DNA of 64,000 bases, taken from Bispira polyomma. Taxonomy: Eukaryota. The stretch covers positions 21,886,001 to 21,950,000 of the forward strand of contig OZ287749.1 in the NCBI GenBank assembly GCA_965649765.1, written 5' to 3'. Position 1 is the stretch's first letter. Each line of letters begins with the position of its first letter. Of the stretch, positions 12,990 to 26,416 are shown in pieces. The position numbers and the translations under genes are program-made. The notes under the pieces are model-generated. The model worked only from the letters and a program-made list of their open reading frames with translations, had not been told where the DNA came from and made no database searches.

Positions 12990-14210
12990 ATGGATCTTCT
13001 TATACCTTCCAATCACACAGGTGACATTAACATGGATAACAGCTCAACCGCTATGCCAAACAGCGTCCACGAAAGGTACAACCTGCAAGAACTATTTATG
13101 GAGTTTAGACCTTTGGCATTGTTTGTGGACCGTGGTGTGACTCCGGTTTGGTACCTTATCGGCATCACAGGAAACCTCCTTGCAGCTAGAGTATGGCTAG
13201 ACCGCAGAATCAGAATGAACAATTCTTCTGCTATATACCTAGCCACTCTATCCATTGCTGATCTCATCTTTCTTCTACTGCATATTTTGCAGGAGCTGAA
13301 GTATTCTTGGGGATGGAATACGTTGGATCACCGCGGTGTGTGCGAGTCATATTTCACGTCTTCTTTAGTCGCTCAGTATCTGTCCCCAATACTCGTACTG
13401 GCATTCACTGTGGAGAGATGGATAGCCGTTTGTCATCCATTCGTAAAGGAGAAATACTGCACCTCACACAAAGCAGTTCGAGTGGTCATCTGTTTGATCA
13501 GTGTGTGTGTTGTTCTGGGTTTGATGCAGTCCTACTTTTGGACGTACAACAGTGAAGTGGGTCAGTGTGACATTCGGGAAGAAGCGATGGTGGGTGGGAG
13601 TTCATCCCTATGGTCTATATGGACCTGGATCACAGAAATGTTAGTGTTCCTTGTGGTTCCCCTTGTCATACTAGTCTTTAATGTGATGGTGATAAAAGAA
13701 ATACAGACTTTATCAAAGGCAGGCCAGCGGATGTTGCCTACCGGTGGGGGAAGTGGTGGAGGAGGTAAAGGTAATGGACACAATAACAATGGTGGCAGTG
13801 CAGCGACTACAGTGATGTTACTCTCTGTCTCGTTCTATGTTATCCTGACTACTTTACCTGCTACCTTAGTCTATGCTCTATATCTGAAGTTCCCTGAAGG
13901 AGACCCATACCTGACAGACTCAGACATCAGAGAAAACCCCCAGTGGGACAGTTACTTTACTTATATAACGTACAGAAAGTTTGTGGAGGAAATCTGTCTC
14001 TCGCATTACGCGTGTAACTTCTTCCTCTACGTTATCACAGGTCCTCAGTTCAGGAAATCTCTGATGACCTTGTGCATTTTTTCATGGCTTAAACGGAGGA
14101 ACAGCAACTCAACGAAGTATGTGTCAGAAGCCACACAAAGAACTTCCTTCAGAAACAATTACGCAACTGTCAATGACAATGGCATGGTTTCTTCTAACAC
14201 AAAAATGTGA
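12990..14210 (+). CDS. Class A (rhodopsin-like) neuropeptide GPCR, FMRFamide/sex-peptide-receptor-like group, ~406 aa, uninterrupted coding region
   Basis: Seven hydrophobic segments: TM1 GITGNLLA, TM2 LSIADL, TM3 AFTVERWIAVCHP (DRY variant), TM5 VPLVILVFN, TM6 TTLP, TM7 NFFLYVITGPQFR. N-glycosylation sequons NHT and NSS; Gly/Asn-rich ICL3. First ATG at 12990 follows a polypyrimidine-AG acceptor ending at 12947. Confidence 0.93.
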   Translation: MDLLIPSNHTGDINMDNSSTAMPNSVHERYNLQELFMEFRPLALFVDRGVTPVWYLIGITGNLLAARVWLDRRIRMNNSSAIYLATLSIADLIFLLLHILQELKYSWGWNTLDHRGVCESYFTSSLVAQYLSPILVLAFTVERWIAVCHPFVKEKYCTSHKAVRVVICLISVCVVLGLMQSYFWTYNSEVGQCDIREEAMVGGSSSLWSIWTWITEMLVFLVVPLVILVFNVMVIKEIQTLSKAGQRMLPTGGGSGGGGKGNGHNNNGGSAATTVMLLSVSFYVILTTLPATLVYALYLKFPEGDPYLTDSDIRENPQWDSYFTYITYRKFVEEICLSHYACNFFLYVITGPQFRKSLMTLCIFSWLKRRNSNSTKYVSEATQRTSFRNNYATVNDNGMVSSNTKM

Positions 14211-14277
14211 ATCTCTTTAGAAAACTGAAAAATATCTTTGATATTGTTTATGTTTACTCGATACCATATACAGAGTT

Positions 14278-14440
14278 GAGCCTCAGTGGTGTAGTAGTAA
14301 CACACTAACCTCTGCTGCCATAGGCTCGAGTCTTGGCTCTGGTCTGTATGTGGGAAATGTGGCAGTAGACTTGCTGAAGGCTGAAGGTTGGAAGAGTACA
14401 AAACCTTAATAATCTACTCTGTTCTGAGTTCCTCCACCAA
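14278..14440 (+). mobile_element. tRNA-derived SINE, family 2, just downstream of the GPCR stop (likely 3'UTR)
   Basis: tggtgtagtagt A-box-like, ggctcgagtc B-box-like, body gtgggaaatgtggcagtagacttgctgaaggc shared with ~12365-12460. Confidence 0.65.
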
Positions 14441-15700
14441 GGTTATGTCTGTCGCAAAATTGAAAAAAAAACTAAGTTAGATCAAAACTAAACTATATGC
14501 AATATAAAATGTACTTTGTTTATAATTCAGGTGTACATGATTTGGAAAGATAAAGTGATATGTAAGAGGAGCAAGATCTTGTTCAGGTAATATATATAAA
14601 ACAATAGGAAAAAGAAATTTAGGTGAGTGTAAATAAGTTCATGAAATTGAATATGTAGATAATAGAAGATCTACTGATAGAGGTTTGACCATATTTTGAT
14701 ATTATGCATCATGTGAGACAATATCTCCCATGGTTTGAGATTAAAATAAATACTTTTGAAATTCACTAGTATAATGATTGAGTACCTTTAGAGATTGATT
14801 AAATGACAGGAAGTCAATTTTACAAAGGTAGCAGGTAATGTACAAAAATGGATACTACTTTTATATTAGATAAAATTGGTGTCAATGATTTCAAAATCTG
14901 ATCTCATATTTTTGTGGATTGTTATTGAGGCCAAAAAAATCAATTTTTATTGGTAAATGATGCATACATTGAATAAACAACAATGGTCACCATGTTGAAC
15001 ATACTTCTGTTTTTATATTGATATGACATCCTGAAATGTTAAATTAAAGACCTTAAGAATTCATTTTCTCTGGATCTAGTTCAAGGTGTTTTAGGCATAC
15101 ATAGTGCCAGATTTAATGACAAGCCAGAAACAAATTGTGGTTAAAAATGTATGAGTATATAAATTGAAGTATTGTTTCTTTCTGAAGGAGGCGTATATTT
15201 TCTTAGGCATGTGGAATATATCAGTATTTGGTATTACAAGGAATGCCTTGTAAATATTTAGTAAGCGAAAAGGTTATGTTCGTATCCCAAATTGATCTCT
15301 GTATTTAGTTTGAAGTCATAACATATAAGTTTGGACAGAACTTATAGTTAATTGTATATCTGGCACAGTACCAAATCATTTAAAATTAGAACTGTTGTGT
15401 ATAAAATTACCATATACAAATCATCACATTACCATGTTTTAGAGTTAAAGTCCAATTTCTTGCATTTTGTTTGAGCTGCATGTTTAGGTATTGTATGTTA
15501 CAATTTCTTATTTATCACCAAGTCCCAAATTATTTTGAAGTGTCCACTGAAGCTTGAATGTATATATTATCCAATGTAAGACTTTAAGTCATCCGTGCAG
15601 TGATATATGGTCACTTAATCACTTAAAGTAAATTAACAAAAGAAGAATAGGAAGAGAAACGTGTCCATTTTAAAAACAGGCAAGTTTTACTACTGTTTTG

Positions 15701-15868
15701 ACTGCATCTACATATTGCGTGAAATATGCAAAACTGTTTTTAATATTGCTGTCTGGGATAGGGCATGGTGTGGTCAGTACTGCATCAGTACTGCATCTAC
15801 ATATTTCGTGAAATATGCAAAACCATTTTTAATATAGCTGTTCGGAATAGGGCATGGTGTGGTCAGTA
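15701..15868. repeat. ~89-bp tandem duplication
   Basis: actgcatctacatatt.cgtgaaatatgcaaaac...atagggcatggtgtggtcagta occurs twice. Confidence 0.85.
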
Positions 15869-18250
15869 TGAAGTAGCAAGCTAATCAATCCAGTGATACA
15901 ATTATGCTATTACAATAATAACAGATGTTTAAATTTTGATGATAACAATTATACTTTGTAGCTGGTAATGCTGTTGAATGCAGCTCTATCTCTGTTTTTA
16001 TAAAAAGGTCAGTATATATTAATAATGTATCATTAAAGTAGCATTTGATGTCATTAAATTGATTACATAACATTTGTAACTGTAGTAGGGTTAAAATACC
16101 TGATTTATGTGTAATGTCTTGTTAAAATTGTTGTGTATGTAATACATACTCTTATATAAACTTGGTTGCATCATTCCTGTTCATTTTATTTCTACGTCAA
16201 GAGTCCGCAATATCACTCACTTAGTATACCATAATTAAAACAAGGAACAAAATTGTTACAAAATAAAATCCATGTGATTAAATAATTTGGACATACTTTT
16301 CTGTAAACGGAAGTACAAATTTGCATTACGTTAAATTAATGCCAATAGTATGATAATTCCTGTTAAAAATAATTATTGGGATACATTTTATTGGTAGAAT
16401 ATAGCATATTCATATATTAAACACATTTTGCAATTAAAATTATATACAGAGTAACAATTGAATATTCTTATTATGCCTTAGCAGCTATTGCATGGAAGTT
16501 AGTATCATGGTAACATTCCACGTGAAAAAAAATCTTTTGAAACTACTGACCATAACAGTCTTGTAATATTCCCAATGACAATACAAGTAACTTCTCTACT
16601 TCAATGCCATTTCACAATGTCTGTCAAATCTAATTTCTGTCTTGTAAGCAGAGGTTTTTAATTGTTAGACAAATATAAGCAATCTTACATATAAATATAT
16701 TCATTGGCCTCGTTATTAAAATCAGCTATCGAATGCAGCAGACCCGGGTTTTAATACCAGCCTGGCAGATGGCAGGGGAGTCTACCTCATATTGATAGTC
16801 CTCTGTCATTAAGTCCTTAATCTAGCGTGAGGCCCAAAAACCCTGGCATATTTATCATCCTGAAGCCTCTGAATCCAGTTAGAAGGGATAATAGGTAATA
16901 CTAGATGCTTAACTCCTATGAAGCCACAATCGATGACCAGGCATCCTCTGTGGCGCACATTCCAGTCAGTATGCAAAAGAATAGTCCGGAAGGAGAAAAG
17001 GTTCAGAGTTAAGTTGTAACTAGCAGACAAATGTTAGGGCAGAAAAGCCAGTTTATACAGATGTGTTTTGAGGTTTTTCCTAAAGCCTGTAATCCTTATC
17101 TCAGTGTAAATACTGGCAAGGAAATTATTCAATACAGCAGGTGAATTTGAACTTGCTAGTGTCTATGGGTAGGAAGTCAGAGATGGAGAGACGATTTCCT
17201 CTGGCGAGAGACAACAGATGATACATAAGCAGGCTGCTGCATATGGATACATAGCTATTGATGCTGTCTGGCTTCATATATGCAGTCAAGAAAGTTTTTT
17301 AGTGGCTTACATCCCAGATCAAAGGAAAATCTGAGTATAAATATGACCTTATAACTTGTAATTCACTAAGATACAAGTCTTAAGATGGACACTCATGTTT
17401 GCCATCAACATTTCACAAGAAATTTGATAGGCTGTTTACTCAAAAAGCATTAAAAGCAATGTTTTTAAATATAAAAAACTTGGTGTAGTGTAGTTTTACA
17501 AAATGACGGAAAGTACATCCATTTTTTAATTTGTCCTTTTTGAAGTAATTTTATACAAATAAGATAAAACAAAGTATTAACAGAAAGGGTATTACTATAT
17601 AAAGGGAATAATTTGTTGTAATTTAACCAAAATTAGTGGCGAAGTTCCCAAAGTGCCAAACACCTTTTTAGAATGTTAAAGTGATATCGATTACATCATA
17701 TTGGTACCGCTGTAAACAACAATTTAGACAGGCAGTTTAATATTGCAAATTATCCTTGTAAAAATACCATGAAATAGAAATGTACCCCAATAAAAGCGGT
17801 AACTAAAATATGCTGCCTAGTGTTTGAAGCAAAAAGAACGACACAATCTAATGGGGCAATAAAACTATCTCCTTCAGATAATCCACTTTTTACTGTTAAA
17901 TTACCATTAGAGTAATTTAAAACAATGCAAATGAGTTCACAAGAATGCAACACATTCCTGTAGACCCTGCAATGACCTGTGTTGTTTGTTCCCACTGTCT
18001 AATGACTATTCTGGGGGTCTTACAAATGCTTGTAAATAACTACAAATGTTCATTGTGCAGCCTTTGTCATTTCCTCCAACTATTCTTGTCTACTTACATC
18101 CACCCAACTCCCTCTCTCTCTGTGACTTAAGGAGTTAATCAGATAAAAAGTCATGGAATTTCCTGGTTTGCATTTAAATGATACAGACTGACATCCCCAA
18201 TAGATGTTTAAGTGTGTGTGTAAAATGAACTGCTCAACAGAGAGGGTGGC

Positions 18251-18420
18251 GACACTGAAAGCAACTGCTTCCAGGGCTCAATAGAATATAATTTTTGTAT
18301 TGTATGTGACACTGAAAACAACTGCTTCCAGGGCTCAATAGAATGGAATGTATGTATTGTATGTGACACTGAAAACCACTACTTTCAGGCCTCAATAAAA
18401 TAGAATGTATGTATTATAGA
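18251..18420. repeat. ~56-bp tandem repeat, 3 copies
   Basis: gacactgaaa.caactgcttccagggctcaatagaat...gtattgtatgt. Confidence 0.85.
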
Positions 18421-19299
18421 TACCTGTCTATTATTATCTGCTATATCACAAAACTGTACACATAATAAAACAATATGTAGTTTACTGATTAAATTATAAG
18501 CATAATTTGGAGACATGTGTGCAGAGAGAGAGAGAGAGAGAGAAATTTTTTTATTTTAGTGCTACCTGCACTCCAATATATATATACATTTTTAACAAGT
18601 CATAACTATGGCAGCCGGCCCAGCATAGATTGGCTTATGAGGCACTTTTTTACGTATATTACAATTACTGTCATGAGATATAAATAATATATATACTATA
18701 TACAATTACTGTCATGAGATATAAATAATATATCTACTATATTACATAAAGTATTGTATGTGACACATACATAAAGTATAAAACATGTGGTACATAGGTA
18801 TATCATATAAACGGTAGTCCAAGGCTATTGAAATATTAGAGATTTACGTTTATCCAAAAAATAACCAAATAATTACAAAAATGGGTTATATTATATGTGC
18901 AATACTTAGCAGGTAATATAAATGTGGTTCGAACATCTGTTTGTTGTTAGGTTTTCACCCAAAGCCCACATAATTATTTTACCAAATGCATATTACTGGT
19001 TGAACTATTTATTAAAATAATGTTTCAGGATTTATTGCTTTGTTGGAACAATATATTCACACAATCATTAACGCTGTGGATATCAAAAGCTTTATTCATT
19101 GCTCTATATATTAACATAGATGGATAACAGATTAAATTGATTTATAATATAGATTATCAACTAATAAAATTTGCATTTGTAATTTACTCATTTACATAAT
19201 AAAGTAGTTGAAATTATATTGTATTGTAATTCAATTTTTAATGCGCCGTATTGATTGAAGGCATCTTCTAAAGCACAACAACTGAATTGGAAACTAAGA

Positions 19300-19640
19300 G
19301 GGTTAAGCGAGTTTGAAGAGATACATTTTAAACTTTTTTCTCAAATTAGAAAGTGTTTAAAGTGATCGAAGATAAACAGGGAGACTATTCCATAACATAG
19401 GGGTAGCAAAAGAGAAAGCTCTAGATACAGCACTCTTGGTAACAGAGCAAACAAAAAGTCTATTTTCCCTTAAAAAGTTACTGGAAGAAATGTGAGCAGC
19501 AATGTAGGAGGGCTGTTGAGAGATAACAGCTTTAAAAGTGGTTACATGGATTTTAAACAAAATACGATAATGAATATGAAGCCAATGTAGCTTTTTGAGG
19601 TAGAGAGAAACATCAGTACGCATATATAACAAAATTAGCA
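19300..19640 (-). mobile_element. L2/CR1-group LINE ORF2 3' fragment
   Basis: LKKLHWLHIHYRILFKI...PSYI...RAFSFATPMLWNSLPVYLR matches the typical L2 ORF2 C-terminus. Confidence 0.8.
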
Positions 19641-20899
19641 GTTGCTGCTTCGCTGTCGTGAATTGAGCAAGCTTCCACAAACTCAGGATACAATCACTGC
19701 TTTCAGAAGCCTACCTCCCCCTTTAATTTCTCTCCTAATTGGATGTTTTTTGGTAACAACCTTTTTTTAGATATCAGCGCCTTAGAAAATGTGCTTATCA
19801 TATCAATTTGGTGCTTTATGAATGATTCAATTATCTTTTTTATGTGTAGATATATATATGATATATAACAAGAAATTTTTTCAAAAATTCATAATCATTT
19901 TACAGGGATTTTATTTTAAAAATAAATATTCCTGCATTATTTTTGGTTAGATAAAAGAGGCAGCAATTTACTAATAACAACGTCATCACATTAAATGAAT
20001 ATTTTTCATATGGCGTCTGCATATGTCTAGACAATGAAAAAAGGCCTACAGATTTTAATTTAAAATCAATGTAACAGTTGAAATACAGTCAATAGGGAAT
20101 TAATATCAGCCCACAGACATTGATTAAAAACCATGATTGGCTTAAATCTTTTATTAAATCACATATGAAGTCTGCACTTCTCGGAAATATAGCATTATTA
20201 AAGGACTAGAAATATAATTAATGAGAGCTAAAAATAAACCATCAGACTTAAATGGAAACCTGGTGACAGCTTGGAGACTTTATTATTGTGCCATAGGAAA
20301 TGGTAATTTAATGAAAGGATTAAATTCTAAACTCATTGAATCTGCAGTATTTTTTTAAAAAAATTGATGATATTTTTTGGTATTTTCTTCTAAAAACACA
20401 GTACACACACGACTACATGACATCTGGTTGAAGCTGAAGAAATGTAAAGATGTGTTATATGCTATTACATGTTGTTTTTTAAAATAAATTTTATATAAAA
20501 TTTTGAATTGTTAAAATGATTTACTGTTTAAAAGACAACAAAATTGTCACCTCTCATATTTTAATAACACAGTCGCGGAACATTATCTTATCAAATGTGA
20601 TAAACAAGAGCCAAAATTTGGCTTTTAATAAGATTTAACACATTATACAAATTGTCAGTTGCCCCTGTATGATTTTTACTGTTTTTTAGATTTATATTTA
20701 AGATATATACTTACTTTGTTTTGCAAATTTCAAATGCTTGAGTGTTTTTAGTGGCATGGAAAATATCACAGTAGTGATACAGAAATACGTAGAAACGGGT
20801 GATTTTTTCGCATTTGAACAGTCGGTACAAAACATCCACCTTGCATGGCTGACTGTAGGTGATTTGGAAGGAAGCTGAAGTTACAGTACGATATAGATA

Positions 20900-21110
20900 T
20901 GGTTCCCTATGCTTCAAGGTGATTTTCATGACTTTTCTTACCGCCATAGTGACTGGTGAAGGGAAGTCAGAACAGGGTAGTTAGTCAACATTTTCAACCC
21001 TGCAAACCAGTTTACCACCAACTTTACACCGCACTCATCAGGGACGCTATTTGAACCTATGATGGCAGAGGTTGAAGGCGAGTGTGTCACCACTACAAAA
21101 CTGAGCCCTA
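20900..21110 (-). mobile_element. Degenerate tRNA-derived SINE related to family 2
   Basis: Minus strand agggctcagttttgtagtggtgacacac...aacctctgccatcataggttcaaat resembles the head of the 14278 copy. Confidence 0.5.
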
Positions 21111-21899
21111 CGCCCAAATCGCATACTTCAGACTTTCTATTATTTGAACAACATATTCATCCCCCGAAATGTTCAGATAATATATTTTCTATTCAATTTA
21201 AACTTGTAGAACTCATATATATCATTGTTAGGTAATCTGTAAGGCACACATCATAGGTTACAGCAACAAGCATTACACTTAGCAAATAACAGATATAATG
21301 ACTGAAGTTAGTCAAAATATTATAGTTATTAGTAGACGTTAGATGTAACTTAATATGATGATGATCAGGGCTGGTGTTCACAAAGATTCTTATTCCTAAA
21401 TTTTTGTTTCAACCAATTTGATATTGGTTGAGAATATTGGTTGAGAATAGAAAATTATGGGAGAATTCTGCACATGTAAAAATTGAAAATCTTAAAATAA
21501 GTTGAGTAGCATTTCATAACAGTAAAATAGCCCAATTTGTTTGTAATTCCCTGGGTTTATTGATATGTTTGGAAATGAGAAAATGATGAAGTACACCGGC
21601 TTTACTGACATATGAATGATGTCATCCTAAAAACGGCCTATGAGGAGAAATATTTGGTCTAATGACATGTTTTGTCTGACAGAGATGGATTACACCAGTA
21701 TGTGATAGTTTTATTGTGGAAGAACTGCAACATTTTTCAACATATAATACCTAATGTGTGGTCCACACTGTGGTGTTATGCAGATTTCACCAAATTGCAC
21801 CAGTTTTGTCCAGATCAGACAAGTTCTTGAAGCAGTTTAAGCCCAATCACACCCCTTGTCTCCAGCTCTCAATATGTGCTTTGAGAACCCATTACCCAC

Positions 21900-23645
21900 G
21901 GAAGTATTGGACATGTTCAAATTATCGTCTTGCTTTAAGTCGCATGGTCTATTAGCGATTGCCTTATGCCTTTCTGTTGGTAAACGTGTAAGCAAGATTT
22001 GCTTTTAGCGGAAAGTGTTGACTTACATAGATGCCGTTTTTCAGTACACCCTTAAATGGTTGCTTCCACATTCAAGTACGATTGGCAAAATGGACCTGAT
22101 TTTGAGATCAAGGCGGCCGTGGCGGAAAAATCAATACTGTAATATTTGGATGGGAAAATGAAAGTGTGGGGCGACCTTTTAGATCAAAATGATTGCATCC
22201 CGATTTGACTGGACACCAACCACGATCAAACTTAGAGTCAAAGTAATAAAACTGGCCCAGCCTACCTGGCCCAGGTAAGGATCGAACTTACTGGTGATAG
22301 AATCTGACGTATCACCCTAGGATAGAACTTACTGGTAAAGGATCAACAATAGGCAATAAAGCGTATCGGCAATAAGATCCGACAGATCTATACCCCCCTC
22401 CCCCCATCTATCACATTCGTACTTGTAATAATCAAGGTCGGGACTGCTATGACAAATAACTGACAAAATGGTCTTTGTGACCCCCCCGTTCACCACGTTT
22501 TCCCCCCTGACCTCTACGTTTTAACGGGCCAGTGTTAGAACAGGCCTGAAGTGAGATAAGACCTATCAGACTGAACGTAATGACAACAGAATTAATTTAT
22601 TCAGCAATACAAACCTTTTCATTTTTAGAGGTCGGGGAGCTAGTCTGAGGTACTTTTTGAAAATATTGAACATGTTAAATATCTTTCCTGACCACCACAT
22701 TCACCCCGTTTTTGCCCCTAGACCTATACAAACTCGCCCTAGACCTGAAAATTAGGAAGGTCGGCTACCAAATCGGCTTAGTGGAACCACCATTTAAGCA
22801 GGAAGTGTTTACTTGTGCACATTTTTAACTCAGACCATTGAGAGACTGTAAAAGTAAAAATTTTAGGTGAAATAAAATTTGATCATTTTATAATATTTAA
22901 GAAGTTCACTGTAATTAACTTGTGTTTGTATTGGATTTTTATAACAACAACTGAATCAATCAACTAATCATGTGTCCTAAAACATAGCCATGGTCCTCAT
23001 CAGTATGCAATGACATGTTCACATCTTGCCCAATAATGTTATGCCACCATTGAACCTAGCGGCATTAGCAGGAGTCAAAGGACCTTCTGATCACCAGACC
23101 AACTCTGTTTAACCTAGAAATTAAGTTTTGCTGATAGTTAGTTTGTTTAAGAGATTAACAGAATTTTTTAATTTTTACTAGAATTTTAGAATAACTAGTG
23201 AAGTTTCAATTTTTGCAGTCTAGAATTTTGCAAAGCACAGTAAGTATATAAATGAATGTAAATATTCAGTCCAAATTTTGGCTCTTGCTTTTGATACTTT
23301 GATAAGATAATGTTCTGTGAATATGTTATTAAAAATATAATAGGTGGGAATTTTTTTTTTTTGTCTTTTAAGCGGCAATTCTTTTCAAAATACAAATTTT
23401 TGGGTTTAGAATTTAATCCTTTCAATTAATTACCATTTCCTATGGCACAATAATAAAGTCCCCTAGCTGTCACCAGGTTTTCATTTAACTCTGATAGTTT
23501 ATATTTAGCTCTCAATGATTGTATTTCAAGTCTTTTAATAATGCCTAATATTTCCAAAGAGTGTAGAATGCATATGTGATTTAATAAAACTTTTAAGCCA
23601 ATCATGGTCTTTAATCAATGTATGTGGGCTGATATTAAGTCTCTA
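21900..23645 (-). repeat. Inverted copy of ~27270-28655; part of the same block is direct at ~20030-20760, ~33680-34040, ~58640-58990
   Basis: Reverse-complement match, e.g. gctgtcaccaggtt / aacctggtgacagc and catagccatggtc / gaccatggctatg. Confidence 0.8.
22056..22793. mobile_element. Non-autonomous TTAA-specific DNA transposon (Kolobok-like)
   Basis: TTAA TSD at 22052-22055 and 22794-22797; imperfect TIRs atggttgcttccac / gtggaaccaccat. The joined flanks cagtacacccttaagcaggaagtg are the exact reverse complement of an empty paralogous site at ~28456-28480. Confidence 0.8.
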
Positions 23646-23650
23646 TATGT

Positions 23651-24010
23651 TATTACCAAGCCATGCTTTCGGTCAGTTCTATTGGTTGATTTTTTCGGTT
23701 ATTTGTCACTAGGATTAAACAAAAACAACTGGTTAAGTTGGTGCAGGGATGGGACATAAACCAAGAAAGAGTCTAATCAATTTTGGATCTTATCCCAGTA
23801 GTAGGACGGATGCAGGAATTACATAGATTGCATTCCTCCACCAAGGCACCACATTGCCAAATAATGAAACTATTCCTGCATCCGTCCTTCGGCTGGGATC
23901 TGATCCGAAATGTTTTCGATTCTTTCCTACACCTTATCTTATGTTAGTGATAAACAAACGAATAAATCAACCAATGAAACCGAACAAAGCATGACTTGGC
24001 AGAGGTAATA
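23651..24010. mobile_element. Fold-back element with ~150-bp inverted arms; partial family copies at ~390-690, ~7200-7340, ~30740-30932, ~55762-55955
   Basis: ttattacc...aggacggatgcaggaat is mirrored by attcctgcatccgtcct...ggcagaggtaata. Confidence 0.65.
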
Positions 24011-24212
24011 ACAGAAATCAGTGGATATATTTTAGAATTCAAACCCTACATACTAACACTTTTCAAAGTCCTACACCGTTACCACTATGATGATGCATAT
24101 TCTAAACTGTTCTTGTGTAATTTTTGTGTTACTTTAAGCAATGCATGCAGTAACTTGTTTTTTATATGTATGCTTAGGCATACTTAAAGCTTGATGAGTT
24201 GGTATACACAAT

Positions 24213-26416
24213 AGCCATTCAGTTAATACGGCTGTGTGTCCCAATTTGTATCTAGATGAAGAATTCATCCTCACTTATCCGTCAATTGATACAAATACAG
24301 ACTAGGTAACTGCCATGGGCAAAGTTCTTTAATCTTTAAAGCGGATATAAGTTGCTCTTTCCGACATGTGACTATGGATCCTCAGGACATAAATTTGTTG
24401 GGACTATATTAGGATCTTTATTACATAGACGGATTGCTGCCCTTCGGTTACAAGCATGGCTCAGAGATCGTTCAGCGAATTTCCGATGGCATAAGATATA
24501 TCATGAAAGATGACCATATCATGAATTATATAGACGATCTTTTATGCTGCTCAATTCCCTTAAAAATATACAAAACGTACAACAGATTACAGGCCCTCTT
24601 AACTGAACTAGATTTGACCTTGAGCCACAAAAAATTGGTACCGCCTGCATCTCAGGTTACTTGTCTTGGCATTGTAATAGATACGGTTGAATTCGCTACC
24701 TCTATACTTGAGGACAAACTAATAAATATCCAGGCCATGTGCGACAAGTGGGCAGACAAAAAGTACTGTACGAAGAGAGAACTACAGTGTCTAGTGGGTT
24801 CCCTGCTCTATGTCTCTAAAAGTATGAACCACTCGAGATTTTTCCTGACTAGGATGCAATCACAAGAGTAAAGCATTCATAATTACCCCTGATTATCACA
24901 ACTAGTTTAGAACGTTTCTCAAAAAATTCAAAGGGGTTTCTTTTTTCTACCATAAACACACAACTGCCATGATAGAACTTGATGCTTGCCTTACTGGCAT
25001 GGGAGGGATATATGGCAATCGAATATACACATTACACATACCTGCTAGAATTCAGCATCTAAATATTGCTTCTTTGGAGATGTTAAACATCTTGGTGGCT
25101 TTAAAGTTGTGGGGTGCACAGTGGCAGGGCCATAGAGTACTAAAGAGTACAAAAGTGTGATAACCAGGCTGTTGTCAGTTCTCTAACCAATGGCAGAAGC
25201 CGGGATGAGATATTGACCCTGTACTCTAGAAATATTTTCATGATAGCTAGCCAATCTGATGTGGAATTGAAAGTTATTCATATTTTAGGAGAAGACAATT
25301 CAACTGCTGACCTGTTGTCACGATGGACCAATCCAAAGAAAATCATGTTCTCTTGCACAAACTTGGAGGTCATGTTCAGTGGTGCCCAATACCGTCAAGT
25401 ACATGCTTTCAGTGACTCACGTATTGCCTATTATCAAAAGGCAGTGCAATTGGCAGCCCCTTTGCACGTTTAACTTAAAAAGATAATTGATGTGCCCACC
25501 TTGGAAAATTTTGTGGCCACGTGCCTCACATTGGCCTTGTCTTTAGAGCACTTTATTTGACTAGTTTCTTTTCGTTGCTCCGGTTATCCAAACTGGTTCC
25601 TCACTCAGCTAACCATTTTCTGCGTTTTCTTGCTTGAGCTGATGTCATGATTTATCCGAATAAGGCTGTTCTTTTGATCAAATGGTCTAAAACCATGCAA
25701 CACGAGAACCAAATTAAATTAATTACAATTCCGCGATTACCAGGCTCGCCACTATGCCCTGTGAGGTCTCTGGAGGACATTATGGCCCTTACTCCATCTG
25801 GGAATAATTTACCCTTGTTCTAAGTTAAAGTAAATCAAAATTGGACACCTTTAACTGACGCAAAGATACGTCACCATTTTAAGAATATCCTTACCAGGTT
25901 GAAATTAAAACACTCTGGACTTACCTTCCAAGCTTTCCGTCATTTGGTTGCCACTTTTGCTTTTAACCATAACATTAGCATTCAAAACATTCAAAACCAT
26001 GGCACCTGGACCTCGGATTGCGCGTCCAGGTATGTCACTAATACTGTGGATGCTGGCCATCAAGTGGCAGACAACATCTTTTTGCGTCCCCTGTTCCCAG
26101 AAAGCTAACCATAAATGATTTTGGAATCTAAGGTCACCTTGCTTTTACTTAAATGCCTAAAGGACTGTATAAATGTAATATGGACAATGACATTTTCGTA
26201 ATGTAAGGTGACCTTATCACAACTTTAATAATTATGCTAATAAAACATATATTTTAGGTGACCTTAAGTCACCAAAATGTTTCATAGTAAATAGTAGTTT
26301 CAGTTTACGGTGACCTTAAGTTGCCTTGCATAGAGTAGCTTAACATCCGCATCCTTTTGTATACTTACCTTGCCTTCTTAACCTTTGACGTCTTTGGCCT
26401 GTTACTCGGGGAAATG
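24213..26416 (+). mobile_element. Decayed, 5'-truncated Ngaro-type YR retrotransposon (RT-RNaseH-YR)
   Basis: Broken frames give LTYPSID, LPFGYKHGS, NYIDD (RT); ELDACLTG, SLEML, ADLLSRW (RNase H); IKWSKTMQ, LCPV, AFRH, HGTWTSD..Y (YR). Many stops and frameshifts. Host repeat sequence resumes at ~26417. Confidence 0.88.

Noticed and set aside
13013-13789. Antisense and alternate-frame ORFs over the GPCR, and similar ones over the RT genes (e.g. 45049-45486)
   Set aside because: Shadow ORFs of higher-GC coding sequence with no motifs.
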